The notes beneath the pieces were generated by a model that made no database searches, was not told the DNA's origin, and saw nothing but the letters and a program-made list of their open reading frames with translations. The position numbers and the translations under genes were made by a program. From Lepidodermella squamata (lineage: Eukaryota; Animalia; Gastrotricha): 64,000 nucleotides of DNA. The stretch covers positions 124,001 to 188,000 of the forward strand of contig JBLDXI010000060.1 in assembly GCA_047495785.1 (NCBI GenBank), in the 5' to 3' direction. This document shows, in pieces, positions 25,890 through 38,332 of the stretch (within the stretch, counting starts at the first letter, position 1; each line of letters starts with the position of its first letter).

Positions 25890-26188
25890 ATGTCGAAATC
25901 ATCTCGGCCTGGCTTTAGGTCCGTCTTCATTTTAACCTGTCTTCTAGCACTTGCTACAGCCGAGTCCTTCGAACTGGCACGCAGGTTAAAACTAGGTATT
26001 GCAAATGCAAGGATGGCTACAACATAGAGAAGCAATGCGACTCGGACGGCTCCTTCGACACTTACTACTGCTCGTACGGCCACTGCCCATGCATGATCGG
26101 AGGCATGGATGCCAAGGTTGTTTGGCTCGACGAATGCTACGGCGCTCGCATCGCCGGCAGCCCTAAATACAGATGCAAACTGGCCTGA
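25890..26188 (+). pseudogene. Secreted 8-Cys peptide; copy 4, frameshifted between signal peptide and mature domain
   Basis: MSKSSRPGFRSVFILTCLLALATA in one frame; TRYCKCKDGYNIEKQC...CSYGHCPC...WLDEC...KYRCKLA* in another; absent from the ORF track. Confidence 0.8.
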
Positions 26189-26409
26189 TGTATTGTAACT
26201 GATCATATGACATTTTCATAGGATGAAAATTAAATTTTAATCGTGCCGTAATAAAGAGCAGACATATTGTAGCGTTTTGCAGCCGGGCATCGATTGAGCT
26301 TATACGCTATTAGATCAATAGATGTGTACTGACCTGCGTCACGCACTGTCTGCGTGCTAAGCCGTGGTTAGTAAAGCATAGTATCTTCACTGTAGACAAG
26401 AAAACAGAA

Positions 26410-27384
26410 ATGCTAGCTTGTTTTTACACTACCTCAAGGGCTCAAATTCTACAACTAGCTAAGCCGCACATCGAAGCTGGCCTTAAGGCGTTCAACGCGG
26501 CGAACAGTGGCAAATCATCTCTAATCCTTGCTGATTACGGCTCTTCGCCAATTTTCGATGATATTATTGATGGGGTCAGGGCAAAATCTCCGTCCAGACC
26601 TATCTTAGCCTGTCAGATCAACAATGCTACACCGGTTGAGAAGCAAAACAACGGAACTTTCTATTGGAACTCCTTCGGCTCGATTTATGGAAATAGCGAG
26701 TTGTTTCCGAGGAAAAGTGTTCACGTCGGTGTTTGTGCGTCTGATTCTCTTAACAAGCTGTCACGACTGCCGGTGAAGCTAACAACTCACGTTTTCCCGT
26801 CTTTAGCCACGCACGAGGAGCGTCTGCTTTGCCAGCAGCAAGCTTTGAAAGATTGGCATGCTTTTCTATTAGCGAGATCTCACGAACTCGTACGAGGAGG
26901 CGTTTTAATTCTCAATTTCAACTACGACGACGGAAGCGAAACCTTCAATCTCGCCTGTGATTCGATTCAGGAAGCAGCACGATCTTTAGTTGAACGTCGT
27001 TCGCTGACAGAACGTGACTTGATCAACTTCAACATGAAAATAATGCCGCGAAACGTTGAAAAAGCAGCGGAGAGTTCAATGTTGGAATCACTCGGTTTCG
27101 AGTTGATTAGCCGTGAATCCTGCAAGCCGACTCAAAACGAAGACTATCGAAACTTGTTGACTCATAGAAATGTCGAGTTGTTCAGGGAACATTTCGCCAA
27201 GTCAGTTTTTCGAGGAAGCGAAGAGGCGTTTCAAGAAATGATCGATTCAAAACTGGACAACGAAAAGGCGAAATGCCTGAGGAAAAGTTTCCTTCAAGCT
27301 ATTTTCGATACGCTGAAAAGCCATAATAATGATAAGCTAGCATACAATTGGGGTAATGCATTTGTTGTCTTAAAGAAATTGTGA
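26410..27384 (+). CDS. SAM-dependent carboxyl methyltransferase-like (SABATH / Methyltransf_7), intronless, degenerate motifs
   Basis: LADYGSS, GSIY...LFPRKSVH, LSRLP, QALKDWHAFLLARSHELVRGGVLIL. Confidence 0.8.
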   Translation: MLACFYTTSRAQILQLAKPHIEAGLKAFNAANSGKSSLILADYGSSPIFDDIIDGVRAKSPSRPILACQINNATPVEKQNNGTFYWNSFGSIYGNSELFPRKSVHVGVCASDSLNKLSRLPVKLTTHVFPSLATHEERLLCQQQALKDWHAFLLARSHELVRGGVLILNFNYDDGSETFNLACDSIQEAARSLVERRSLTERDLINFNMKIMPRNVEKAAESSMLESLGFELISRESCKPTQNEDYRNLLTHRNVELFREHFAKSVFRGSEEAFQEMIDSKLDNEKAKCLRKSFLQAIFDTLKSHNNDKLAYNWGNAFVVLKKL

Positions 27385-27482
27385 AGAATGAATGTAGCCT
27401 GAGAATTATAATTGTAAGTAAACCCTTAAATTTGAAGATTTCGAATAAAAATTCAAAGATATTTTCACTTTTAAACATTGAA

Positions 27483-28892
27483 ATGTTAACGTTTCTTGCT
27501 TTTTCATTTATGTTCAACCAATCACTGGGGCAAGTTGAGTTTACACCCCTAGACGAGGTCATTCGGCAGAATATGACTGACAGATGCAGCTTGAGAGCAT
27601 TTTCCCGACCAGTCAAGGATAACAGTGAATCTCTGCTGGTTACTATCGAACTCAATCTGTTGCGATTTCGAGATATTGACGATAGGGCTCAGACATTCAG
27701 AACAACGGCCATCGTTCAGTACGCATGGCGGCATCCTTGTGTTCGCTGGAACGCTACTGAGTGGGCTAGTACGGAATTCTTTGAAATGAACGCCTTTGAC
27801 ACGTGGCATCCTCGTTTGGAGCTGATGAATGGCGACGACCAGGATGCGAATCTCGAGGACATGATTAAGGATAAATACTATATCAAGTACCGATATAATG
27901 GAGAGGTTGTGCTCACCTTCAAAGGCAGCTTTACCACGTATTGCCAAGTGAAGTAAACAATTCGATATTTCATGCTGATTTGTCAAGAATTTTTATTAGG
28001 CTGAACAATTTTCCCTTTGACGATCAAAAGTGTTCGATTCAAATCGAATCTTGGGAGGGTTTGCAACTGACACCTTTGCGCGTCGATACTCGTCAATACA
28101 TTTCGCCCGATTACTTACACCCGGCTGATCTTTGGTCGCTGGAAAACTATACCGGCATGGTTATTGAAGTCGATTACAGCCATGGAATGTCGCATAAAGA
28201 CTTGATCTTCCACCGCGCAGTTTTCACCCTCCATGTGAAACGGAATTGCGGAATTTACATTCTGAACATATTTTTCCCGTCTTTTTGCCTGACTCTAATC
28301 ATGTTCAGTGTTGTTCTCATCGAACCTCATGTGAATGAGCGGCCGAATCTGCTCGTGACGATAGTTCTCGCTTTCGCAGTAGGGCAAACAGTTGTTAACG
28401 ATGCGATACCTAAATCAAGCGAAATTCCTAACGCATTATTGTATCTCGCATTCCAAGTTGCGACATCTGTCCTATGCACTATTCATAGCTTGTTTGCCAT
28501 TCACTTATCAGGCTTTGGAAAGTTCAATCGTAAATATCATTTTCGCTGCGGGAAACTATCCCTCCTAAGAATTATCGATGTGTCATTCTTCGCTGTACCG
28601 TAGAGCGGTACAATTTTGAACAGGGTACAACTTTGAACATTTTTTCAAAAGTACAATTTTGAACGAACGTTTGCATTGAAAAAAATGAGAGTGTTCAAAA
28701 TTGTACTTTCGTGAGTGTGAAGTACAATTTTGAACATTAACGAAATTTTCAATGCAAACGTTCGTTCAAAATTGTACTTTTGAAAAAATGTTCAAAGTTG
28801 TACCCTGTTCAAAATTGTACCGCTCTACGGTAGTTGCTATCATTTTTATTTCAGTGAGTATTTACTTCGCAGGGAGGATGATTCTTCATTGA
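27483..28892 (+). pseudogene. Cys-loop channel subunit; copy 7, M4 interrupted by a MITE (exons 27483-27952, 28000-28597 + 28833-28892)
   Basis: C-QVKLNNFPFDDQK-C; removing the MITE and one TA restores IIDVSFFAVVAIIFISVSIYFAGRMILH*. Confidence 0.88.
28598..28830. mobile_element. MITE with ~85-bp perfect TIRs and TA target duplication
   Basis: CCGTAGAGCGGTACAATTTTGAAC... at both ends; internal repeats of GTACAATTTTGAAC. Confidence 0.95.
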
Positions 28893-29075
28893 ATTAACCC
28901 TGAAAAATTGATAAACCTTTGTTAACGAATCCGCTGAAGTACAAACAGTCGCGTTGCCGCACTAGAGAAAAAGCACAATAAACTTGACTTAAGATGGGCA
29001 AATGTTGGCCCTGGACAAATAAAAACTCTACTGAGGAATTATTTCGTATTTAATTTTATGTGTATCACCTAAAAT

Positions 29076-30343
29076 ATGATACAATTTATCACTATTCTTT
29101 TGACGCTGTTAGAAAGGGCTCAAGCGCAGAACTTCACGTCGATCGAAGAGCAGCTCAGGGTCCTCATGACTAGCAAATGTGACCTCTACTCAAAATCAAG
29201 GCCCATAGCTAGATCCAACGATACAACAGATATATCTGTAAGCTTGGATGCTTATAATTTCAATGAAATTAACGAACGAGCCCAGACGTAATGTACAACA
29301 TCTGTCATCCAATTTATTCCATGAATTTCTTTCAGTTTTCTTGTTACCGCAGCGATTAATCTATCTTGGAAGCATCCGTGTGTTTACTGGATGGATATCC
29401 CAGAATATCAAGAAATGGAGTGCTTCGAGGAAGACGCAAGCAAAGTGTGGACACCCTACATCTTCCACATGAACTCAATGGGAACGCTAGGCGTGAGAAA
29501 GTAAAAGCTTTTAGGGAAAAAATCAATAGCTGATAGCCAGTAGTAAATTACAGCCCCGATGCAACTTTGATGATATTCGGCGATGGGAATATGATCATGT
29601 CAGTTACGGAAAGTTACGTTTCAACGTGCGAGCTAGAGTAAAACATCTGAAGCTAACTTTGAAGATTCCCTGAATTTTGTCGCTTTCACAGCTTGGAAAA
29701 ATTTCCATTCGATCAGCAAACTTGTAGCATAGTCCTCGAGCCTTTAAGTGGTCGGAACGTGCACAACCTTAGCCTGAACGGCAATTTGCCTATCAGAGTC
29801 GATTACGACAAATTCATAAGCCGATCCGCAACTTGGGCTGTTCTGAACGTGGAAGCGACAGAAACAACTGTCACTTACCCTGGATATTCTTCAAACTATT
29901 CACACATCTAATTTTCATTCACTTTTCAACGAAATCCACGTTACTTTGTATACGCAACGTTTTTGCCTTCATTTGGGCTTTGCGCTCTGCAAATTCTGTC
30001 GAACCTTTTACCGCCTGAACAACCAGAACGAGCTTCGTTCGGTTTAACGGTCGTCCTAGCATACGGCGTGTTGCAGTCAGTTGTTTCTGACTTCATCCCT
30101 CAAACTTCAAAGATCCCGCTGATTACAGTGTTTCTCGTGTCTCAAATCGCGAGCAGCATCCTTTGCACGTCCTACTCAATAGTTGCATGCTTCTTAGGGA
30201 GGAATGCCTCGTTCAACAAAAAGATCAAACTCGGGGCAATTTCGCTTTCCGTCATCCAAGCCATCGACTTAGTAGTCATTACATTTGCAACTTTACTGAA
30301 CGCGATCATCGCTGGAACTATTTTCACGAAATTACTTGCATAA
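29076..30343 (+). pseudogene. Cys-loop channel subunit; copy 8, three introns, single in-frame TAA at 29909-29911
   Basis: Exons ~29076-29287, 29336-29500, 29554-29637, 29692-30343; C-ELDLEKFPFDQQT-C; YSHI*FSFTFQRNP versus WSHLEFSFTFKRR in paralogs. Confidence 0.85.
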
Positions 30344-30636
30344 AGGAGCAAAGAAAACTGGGATTTGCAATTTCTTTGAAACCCGAAAACAATGATGTGG
30401 AAAACAGCAGCATTTTTCAACTGGTGAATGAATACTAATCGTAAATGCATGCACTCATAACCACAATAGCATACCCACTCATATCGTAAACAAAGCAATA
30501 TCGTCATGGTTTTTAGAATTAATCTAAAAACACGCGCTGGCTATTTCACGCCACTTCACGTGTAGCATAAGCTTATAGGTAAATACCAACATACAAAGGC
30601 AAAAATGGTTACTCAGCTGTAAACAAAACTAACGTG

Positions 30637-31239
30637 ATGGCCAGTAAGTTATTTTTCCATTGCCATAGCTAATTTTTAAGAGAAATTTTACTTCTCAAAG
30701 GAAAAGGGAACAAGCAAAACCGAAATGCCGAGAAAGAGGAAGCAGGAGACTCCTCGGAAAAATCAACTTCCAACTTCATTGGTCCAGTGCTCTTTGCATT
30801 AGCTGTGCCTTGCTACTGTTTCGCTCAATTACAACTAGCGAAAGAGGCGATATACCTAAGTTTGCTTTCGAATGCAATCATTACTCTTCCGTTGATCGAT
30901 ATTGCCGACCGGGTGCGCTTGCGTCAATTCAAACTGCTGCTGGAGCTCGGGAAATTGGCGACAATCAGCCATGTCGCTATACAACTGGTAGCTTACGTCA
31001 TATGGCTATGCATCCGCAGTTGGATTTTCGATTTCCTAGAATTCGCTGATCCGCTGCTGCAGAACTACATATTCCGCCTAATCGCGATTGGCTTTTGCCT
31101 GGCGGTTTTCGAACAGGCCAAAAGCTTCTTGTGCCCACCGAGAGGAACTCTGGTGCCTTTCGACATACCTCCTTGGGTCATACTAGTTTGGAAGATTATC
31201 GACTTTTTGGAAACCAAGATCAGCAGAATAATTTCATAA
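30637..31239 (+). CDS. Small multi-pass membrane protein, unknown function (exons 30637-30643, 30701-31239)
   Basis: ATG GCC A|GTAAGT...AAAG|GA gives MARKGNKQNRNAEKEE... in frame with the hydrophobic ORF 30787-31239. Confidence 0.65.
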
Positions 31240-31335
31240 CTACGACTTTGATGAATAAATGACTTTTACCTCCACCTTCAACCCTAACGCATTTATTTTT
31301 GAAAAGAGATCAGATTATCAATATCAACTAAAGCT

Positions 31336-32558
31336 TCACGAGGTCATGAGATACATTATGACAATGTTGATAGCAATATTTGTAAGGAGTAGAAAAGCAT
31401 GCGTCGACAAGTCGATCAGTCTTATTAGGCTTACGTGGTATTTCTTGAATATCAGGCATGCCCAGCCACTCAAAATTTGCGCCAAGAAGCACGAGACCAG
31501 ACTGTAGCAGCAGAACATCACGCTTGTCCCCAGTTGAGTCAGAATGAAGAAAACAACAAGAGGGGTATCTGAAGTCTGGGGGATTTTATCGTAAACCATC
31601 GACTGAAGAACACTGAAGGCCAGGACAACCGTAATGTTGAACGAAGACCTCTCCGGTTCGGCAGGTGGTAGTAGACCTGCGAGAGCTTGAAGAAACAACA
31701 GTGCGAACGAAGGCAAGAAAATCGAGCTTGCATAGTACTCGTATCGACGCTTAAAGGTAAAGGAAAACTCTAAATGGGACCATGAAACGTTGTTGTAGCC
31801 TGGGTAGGTGATGCTTTTGTTCGACGCACCAGCCGTGACAAATTGCCACATATGGCTCTGCTTATTGAATGACGACGGATCAATGCGGATCAAGTTTGTT
31901 GAATCTCGATCTAGGATCAGTTCGAAGAGCTTTGTTTCGATGTACAGCTCGATTATGAATCCACAGGTTTGGGTGTCGAATGGAAACTTGAAAAAGCTGT
32001 GTATAGCTAATAATTAGCTCGCCTATTCATTACTAAAATTCTTACTCAATTTCACAAAAGCTGGTGAAATGCCCGCTGTAAACGTTGCTGACCTTTCCGC
32101 TTGGCAAATATCTTGAGATTGGGCTGAATTTCGGCAGGTCGAAATCCTCAGCTGCATTTATTAGGAAAATAGGCGGCATCCACACATGCTCACTTTTTTC
32201 ATCTAAAATTGGTATTCCAGCAAACTCGGGCTTGCTAGACCAGTTGAACGACTCGACGCAAACATGCTTCCAACTGACCATCAAAGTCGCGAATATTGTG
32301 AATCTATTCCAAGAAAGGTTAGTAGAATAATGTAATTTGAGGAAAAACTAACGTTTGATCGCGGTCGTTGATTTCGCGAAATGCTAAAGCATCTAGATGC
32401 GAGACAGCCTTAACTGGATCCTCTGCCTTCCATACTGGCCTTGCATATGCTCGAATATTGCAAGCCTCGATTAAAGCCAACCGCAAAGCTTCTTCGGGCG
32501 GTAAATAGCCTTCAGCTAATAAAGGCCAAAGACTTGCAAGCGAGAGTTGCAGCAACAT
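31336..32558 (-). CDS. Cys-loop channel subunit; copy 9 (exons 32558-32353, 32303-32046, 31996-31336)
   Basis: C-EIDFFKFPFDTQT-C, WKHVC, four TM helices with EPERSSF. Confidence 0.92.
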
Positions 32559-33170
32559 GTTAGACTTTTTGCGGTTTTGAGCAAAGCAAATGTGCCCAAT
32601 TTTTTGAATATAATTTTTAGCTTTTTAGGTGAACTTATGCAATAAAGCTTTTAATCTGTTTGCTTCGAAATTTAATGTAGAGCATATCTAAATAAATGAG
32701 GCAATAAATTTCAGCAGCTCAAGGATGATCGCGTATATGACGGAGCTGCGTTATTGCAATCATAGACATATCGATTGCCGCATTCGTATTGTAAACACTG
32801 CATTCCTTTATTTGAATAAAAGATATGTGCATCGCTATAGCTGGACATATCGGTAACGTCGATGAATCTTTCGGATTAATATTTGTTTACTTCGATTTGA
32901 AGGTGACGGATAACAGGAATAGTAAAGCGAAAATGCTGTAAACCGAACTAAGGCAGTCCCAGCAAAAAACGTCCTGTCCAGAGCAAATCCGATCTAAGGA
33001 CCGGTCCGGCTTGGAAATATACTCGTTGAGACGAAAATATTATAATCGGGGATATTGTTTTTTATTTAGGAGAATTTCGAGGAAATTCATTTAGATTTAA
33101 ATTCACCTACAACCCCGCAGCAATTATTTGAGAAAAGAGATCATACATTCTCATGTTATCGGCTGAAGCT

Positions 33171-34396
33171 TCACGAGGTCATGAGACACATTATGGCAAT
33201 GTTGATAGCAATATTTGTAACGAGTAGAAAAGCATGCGTTGCCAAGTCGATCAGTCTTATCAGGCTTACGTGGTATTTCTTGAATATCAGGCATGCCCAG
33301 CCGCTCAAAATATGCGCCAAGAAGCACGAGACAAGACTGTAGCAGCAGAACAGCACACTAGTTCCAAGTTGAGTTAGAATAAAGTAGACTATAAGAGGAG
33401 TATCCGAAGTCTGGGGGATTTTGTCGTAAACCATCGATTGAAGTACGTTGAATGCAAGGACGACTGTCATGTTGAACGAAGACCTCTCCGGCTCTTCGGG
33501 TGGTAGAAGGCCGGTGAGAGCCTGAAGAAACAACAGCGCGAAAGATGGTAAGAAAATCGAGCTTGCATAGTACTCGTATCGGCGTTTGAAGGTAAACGAA
33601 AACTCTAGATGGGACCATAGCATTTTGTCGTAGCCTGGGTAGGTGATACTTTTGTTCGACGCCCTTGCTGCGATAAATTGCCACACGTGGCTCTGTTTAT
33701 TGAATGCCGAGGGATCTATGCGAATCCAGCTGGTTGCATCTGGATCTAAGGTCAGGTCGAAGAGGCTTATATCCATGTACGGCTCTATTATGAATCCACA
33801 GGTTTGGGTATCGAACGGAAACTTGAAAAAGCTGTGCAAATCATTTTTAGCTCGTCTGTATGTACTCAACTCAAATCCTTACTCAATTTCACAAAAGCTG
33901 GTGAAATGTCCGCTGAATACGTTGCTGATCTTTCCGCTGGGCCAATAGCTCGAGAGCGGGCTGAATTTCGGCAAGTCGAAATCTTCAGCTGCATTGATTA
34001 AGAAAATAGGCGGCATCCATACATTCTCGCTTCTTTCATCGAAGCCTGTTATTCCAGCAAACTCGGGCTTGCTTGACCAGTTGAACGCTTCGACGCAAAC
34101 ATGCTTCCAGCTGACTATCAAAGTCGCGAAAATGGCGAATCTACGCCAAGAAATTTTAGTAGATTATAATTCGAAGAAAAACTAACTAACGTTTGATCGC
34201 GGTCGTTGATTTCACGAAACGCTAGTGCATCTAGTTGCGATGTAGCTTTAACTGTATCTTCAGTGTTCCATACTGGCCTGGCAAAAGCTCGAATGTCGCA
34301 AGCCTCGATCAAAGCCAACCGCAAAGCTTCTTCGGGTGGTGAATAGCCGCGAGCTAATAACGGCAAAAGACTTGCAAGCAAGAGATGCAGCAGCAT
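33171..34396 (-). CDS. Cys-loop channel subunit; copy 10 (3 exons)
   Basis: Close tandem paralog of copy 9 with the same two introns. Confidence 0.92.
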
Positions 34397-35211
34397 GTTA
34401 GGTTATTTTTTTGTTATTTTCGATTGAAAGCAAAGAAAAAATTATCGAACTTTGTGGATTTGACTTTGGGCTTCTCTATCAAATTTTGCAATGAAGTTTT
34501 CAATTTGTTCACTGCAAATTTTAATTTAGCGCATAGATAAATAACTGAGAAATTAAATTTTCAGCAGCTCATGGAACATTGCAGTTATTGCAGACAGAGT
34601 TGTCTATTGCCACTGCGAATATTTGCAGCCATAACGCAGGAAAAAGCTATTTTCGTTTTTATTATCTATCAGCAACTGAGCAATAGAGTTTCGCAACGAT
34701 TAATAGCTGTACAAGCAAAGCATTGAATTTGAAGAGCGGCAATCTGATCCAAATCGCTCACACCCTCCATCATCAAAACCCATACAAAAACAATTTGTCA
34801 GAAAAAAATATTTGGAAAAGAATCTAAATCTGTTATAAATTAAAAGAAATTTTTAAATTTTAATTTAGGCTGCTGTGATTAATTTTTTATTTGACATATT
34901 GATTTTCATTATTCAGCGTTATACTTGATAACATTTTGATTTTGTTTATTAACGATGGTACCGCTTGATAGCTTTGATCCTGCTCGAATTATCGCTACCC
35001 TTGCATACCCTTGCTGTTTAACCCGAGGTCGAATGGAGAAAGTTATCTAAATTCGGCTGAGCAATCGTCTATCGTCTTGTAGAACAGCTAGTATCTGAAT
35101 GAGTGATAATACGCTGATTCAGAAAAAGAGGTCACTGTGCGAACCTAAAAGGTCACCATCATAATTACTTGCCGATTTGATGACGACAAGCAATAAAAAT
35201 AATAAATAATA

Positions 35212-37663
35212 ATGAGGTCAGTTTTTATAGCGCTTTTATCAGCAGTGATTTTTCTCAAATCAGGTCAGTTTTGCTTGTATAGATAATCAAATCTCAATAA
35301 TTTACCCAAATAATAATTTAATAATTTAAAAAAAGTTTAATTTTCATATTAATCCATTTTAATAATCAAATATTTTGATTTATAAAAACCAGGAAATGTC
35401 GCGGGACTGAAATGTTGGCAGCGTCAAGATGACGTCTATGAATCTACCGATCATTGCGAAGGCGTTTGTTTTGAATCGAAATTTTCCAAACTTGGAGAAC
35501 TGCCGCTCTTACGCAAAGGCTGCATCACGGAAGAGTTGGCCAGCGAACTCGTTTCAGTCATCCCGAGCTGCAGCGTTGACACTGGGACGAACGACGGCAT
35601 TCGAGCGGACCACTGCGTGTGCAACAACGCCGACAATTGCAATGGCAAATTTTCAATTAGCATCATCAGCGATATAACAAATCTTCCAAGTGAGTTCAAC
35701 ATCGATGGAAATAATTTCAAATTATAGGGAACTTTTTGAGACTGATTTTTTCTGAACTTCACCCGTTTTTAATTTTATCAACAAAATTTAAATTTCATAT
35801 TCTTGAATTTAAATTATATTTATTTTTAATTCTTGCAAAAAAATCAGAAAATAATACCCTGATTTTTCTAATAATTTTTTTTTACTTTCCAAAATTTCTC
35901 ACTAACATAATTTTCAATCTTTATCTCAATTACAGGACCTGTGAATTGTTTGACCGGATCAGGCGGTAATTACTCGTTCACGCGATGCAATGGCTGGTGC
36001 TTTGGGGGAACTATCACCGGTGACTCATCTAGCGAGGTGGTAAGAGGATGTATGAACGACTCCATGGCGAGAGCGAGAATGAACAAGCTGCCCGGTTGTG
36101 TTCGCTACAAAACGTTCGATAGCGCTGGGACTCGAATCGAGCAGGACTACTGTTTCTGCAGAGATTCATTTTGCAATGATGGTAAGATAACTATCTGGAG
36201 GACGACAATCATTTTTAGCTGCGGAGAATCGCTTTAATTCAAAAATATCAGACTGAGACTTTTCCATTTGCGAAATTGCGACTGATTTTTACATTGTTTC
36301 AAAATAATACAAAATTCGTAATACATCGTGTCCCAGAAATTGCGCAGCTATTTTTTAATTTGGCAATTTTTTGTGCCAAATTCAGCTGATTTTTTTCTAG
36401 ATTAAACTCACCGAGAGAATATCCTATCATTTATCCGCGATTTTACCGAAAAATTGAAATTTATCGAGGAAAACCCGAAATAACCCAATGGTAACTGGTT
36501 CGGTAATTTAGGTATTTTTCTAGATTGGACCAACAAGTTCCATTAACAAGTGACATACTTGCTATCTATTCTCAGGATTTTGTGAATTTTTCTAAAATTT
36601 TTCTAAAATTAAGATGTGACTTCGTCTCTTATTTTAGAAATTCTGAACCTTTTTTGGTGTATTTTTGTTGCTTGCGGTACTTATTGGACACGCTGTGTTT
36701 TCAAAATACAACCGGCTTATGCTTGACTATGAATATTTTCTTCACCTACGCATTGCGCTTATCCCTATAACTGAATTATGTTTCTATATTTCTGGGGTAC
36801 TAAGGAATAAAAAGCTTGGCCATTATTTTCGAATTTTTGAATTTTAAACTATTTCAAGGAATGAATTCTCATGGAAATGAAATACCGTAGTTACCGAAAT
36901 ACCAACCCGGGCTTATACAAAAATGATACCTCGAAAAATGGGGAAAAGTAGGCTTCTATTCAAGACTGGGCTTCTATTTGAGATAGGCCTATATGCAACA
37001 GAGACCTGACTTTACTTTCTGTCTTTCAATCTGAAAACGCATCAAAATTTTCATTATTAGTTATTAGCTAGGTCGTCTAATAGCTGAAAATTAGGAATAA
37101 TAAGGAATGCTTTAACTAAAATCATCGTAAATCGCAGATTATTACACATCTTCACGAATTTTTTGTTTTTAAATACCGTTCAGCGCAGCAGAGCACACGC
37201 GCCTTAGTAGCCTAGGCTACTATTCGAGATAGGACTATGCATCGTCGAATTTCAATTTACCTAGGCTTCTAATCGAGTGGGGGCTTATATTTCGGTAACT
37301 ACGGTATTTCATTTTTTCATTATATTTATAATTTCAGTTGAAATAACTTGCTGGGTCGGAAAAGGCCTCAGTGCAAGAAAAACGGAGTGCAAAGGCTGGT
37401 GTACGAAGGAATCTGTGGAACATCGCGAAAATTGGCCGATTTTATATCGATGCTACACATCGATGGAAGTGACCCAGTTCCTGCCTGTCGCCACTGTCGG
37501 AAGTCCGGCTGGTTGCTCGGCATCTGAGAAAAGCCGAGAACGAACCGTCTGTCTATGCAACGACCGCGATCTATGCAATAACTCGTCACATCTTGAAATT
37601 CATTTTTCTTTGATTGTAAAAAGCTTTTTGGGTCTGATCATGATAGGACTGATAGCTCGATGA
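35212..37663 (+). CDS. Multi-domain Ly6/uPAR-like protein: two domains well supported, third probable (exons 35212-35263, 35393-35689, 35936-36181, 37338-37663)
   Basis: One signal exon, three 8-Cys domains joined by phase-1 introns, hydrophobic GPI-type tail only on the third. Confidence 0.65.
36885..37304. mobile_element. MITE, pogo/Tc2-type ends
   Basis: TIR CCGTAGTTACCGAAATA with TA flanks; same termini as 50258-50353. Confidence 0.85.
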
Positions 37664-37876
37664 TGGATAGCTAAATAAATTCGGATGATTTGTAGTGGAG
37701 CAAAATTGAACCCTAACTGAAATTTTCCTGAACTGCATCCTCCAAATTTTCAGAAATTCAGAAATAATTTGGCAAAAATCCAAATAAATGACCATAAAAT
37801 TATCGGGAAATTTCAGTATAAATTCTAGTTTATGGTTGAATTTTATAATAATATTCAATGTAGATTTGTTAAAAAA

Positions 37877-38332
37877 ATGAATAATTTGTCCACGATTTAT
37901 TGGTCACTTGCTGTCACCTTCATCATTCTGGCCGACTATTCTGCGGCAAAATTTGCTTCACAGGATTATTTGAATTCAACAGTGAGATGCTACACAGGTG
38001 ATGATGAAAATTCGGAAATATCGATTGCGGCCTGCAATGATGGGTCAGACTGGTGTTTCTCGGATGTGGCGACATTTGGCAGACGTAAATTTCGACTCGG
38101 CTGTGCTTCAACGGCTGACGCGATGCAGTTAACCGACCCGCCAGGATGCGGCTACCATTGGCAAGATGGCGATTGGTTCAGGATTTGCTATTGCAAAGCC
38201 GCTGATGCTGCTCAGCCGTGTAATCGACCTCCTTATGGCTACCCAGATGAGGCGGCTGGAGTCAAGGTCGATCGAATTCGCGTGAAAAGACAACTTCCGC
38301 CTTGGAGAGGTGATTTTTTAGCTTTTCTGTAA
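37877..38332 (+). CDS. Ly6/three-finger protein with C-terminal RVKR site; may splice on to 38519
   Basis: Signal peptide, VRCY...C..DWC...GC...GC...CYC...PCN; phase-1 donor at 38310. Confidence 0.75.
   Translation: MNNLSTIYWSLAVTFIILADYSAAKFASQDYLNSTVRCYTGDDENSEISIAACNDGSDWCFSDVATFGRRKFRLGCASTADAMQLTDPPGCGYHWQDGDWFRICYCKAADAAQPCNRPPYGYPDEAAGVKVDRIRVKRQLPPWRGDFLAFL

Noticed and set aside
23380-26188. Assignment of the 8-Cys peptides to macins, defensins or Ly6
   Set aside because: Cysteine spacing (N-terminal CxC, internal C-x4-CxC, no terminal CN) does not fit
25730-26206. 158-aa minus-strand ORF
   Set aside because: Antisense shadow of the frameshifted 8-Cys peptide gene on the plus strand
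5406-27384. Bacterial contamination suggested by intronless enzymes
   Set aside because: They are flanked by spliced animal genes and followed by AATAAA signals, with no operon or RBS context
28598-28830. Repeated GTACAATTTTGAAC units resembling a CRISPR-like array
   Set aside because: Units are in inverted arrangement within MITE TIRs, with no regular spacers, in a eukaryotic context
37277-37337. Apparent signal peptide MGAYISVTTVFHFFIIFII in the ORF track
   Set aside because: Derived from the MITE end plus the intron polypyrimidine tract, with a GTG start
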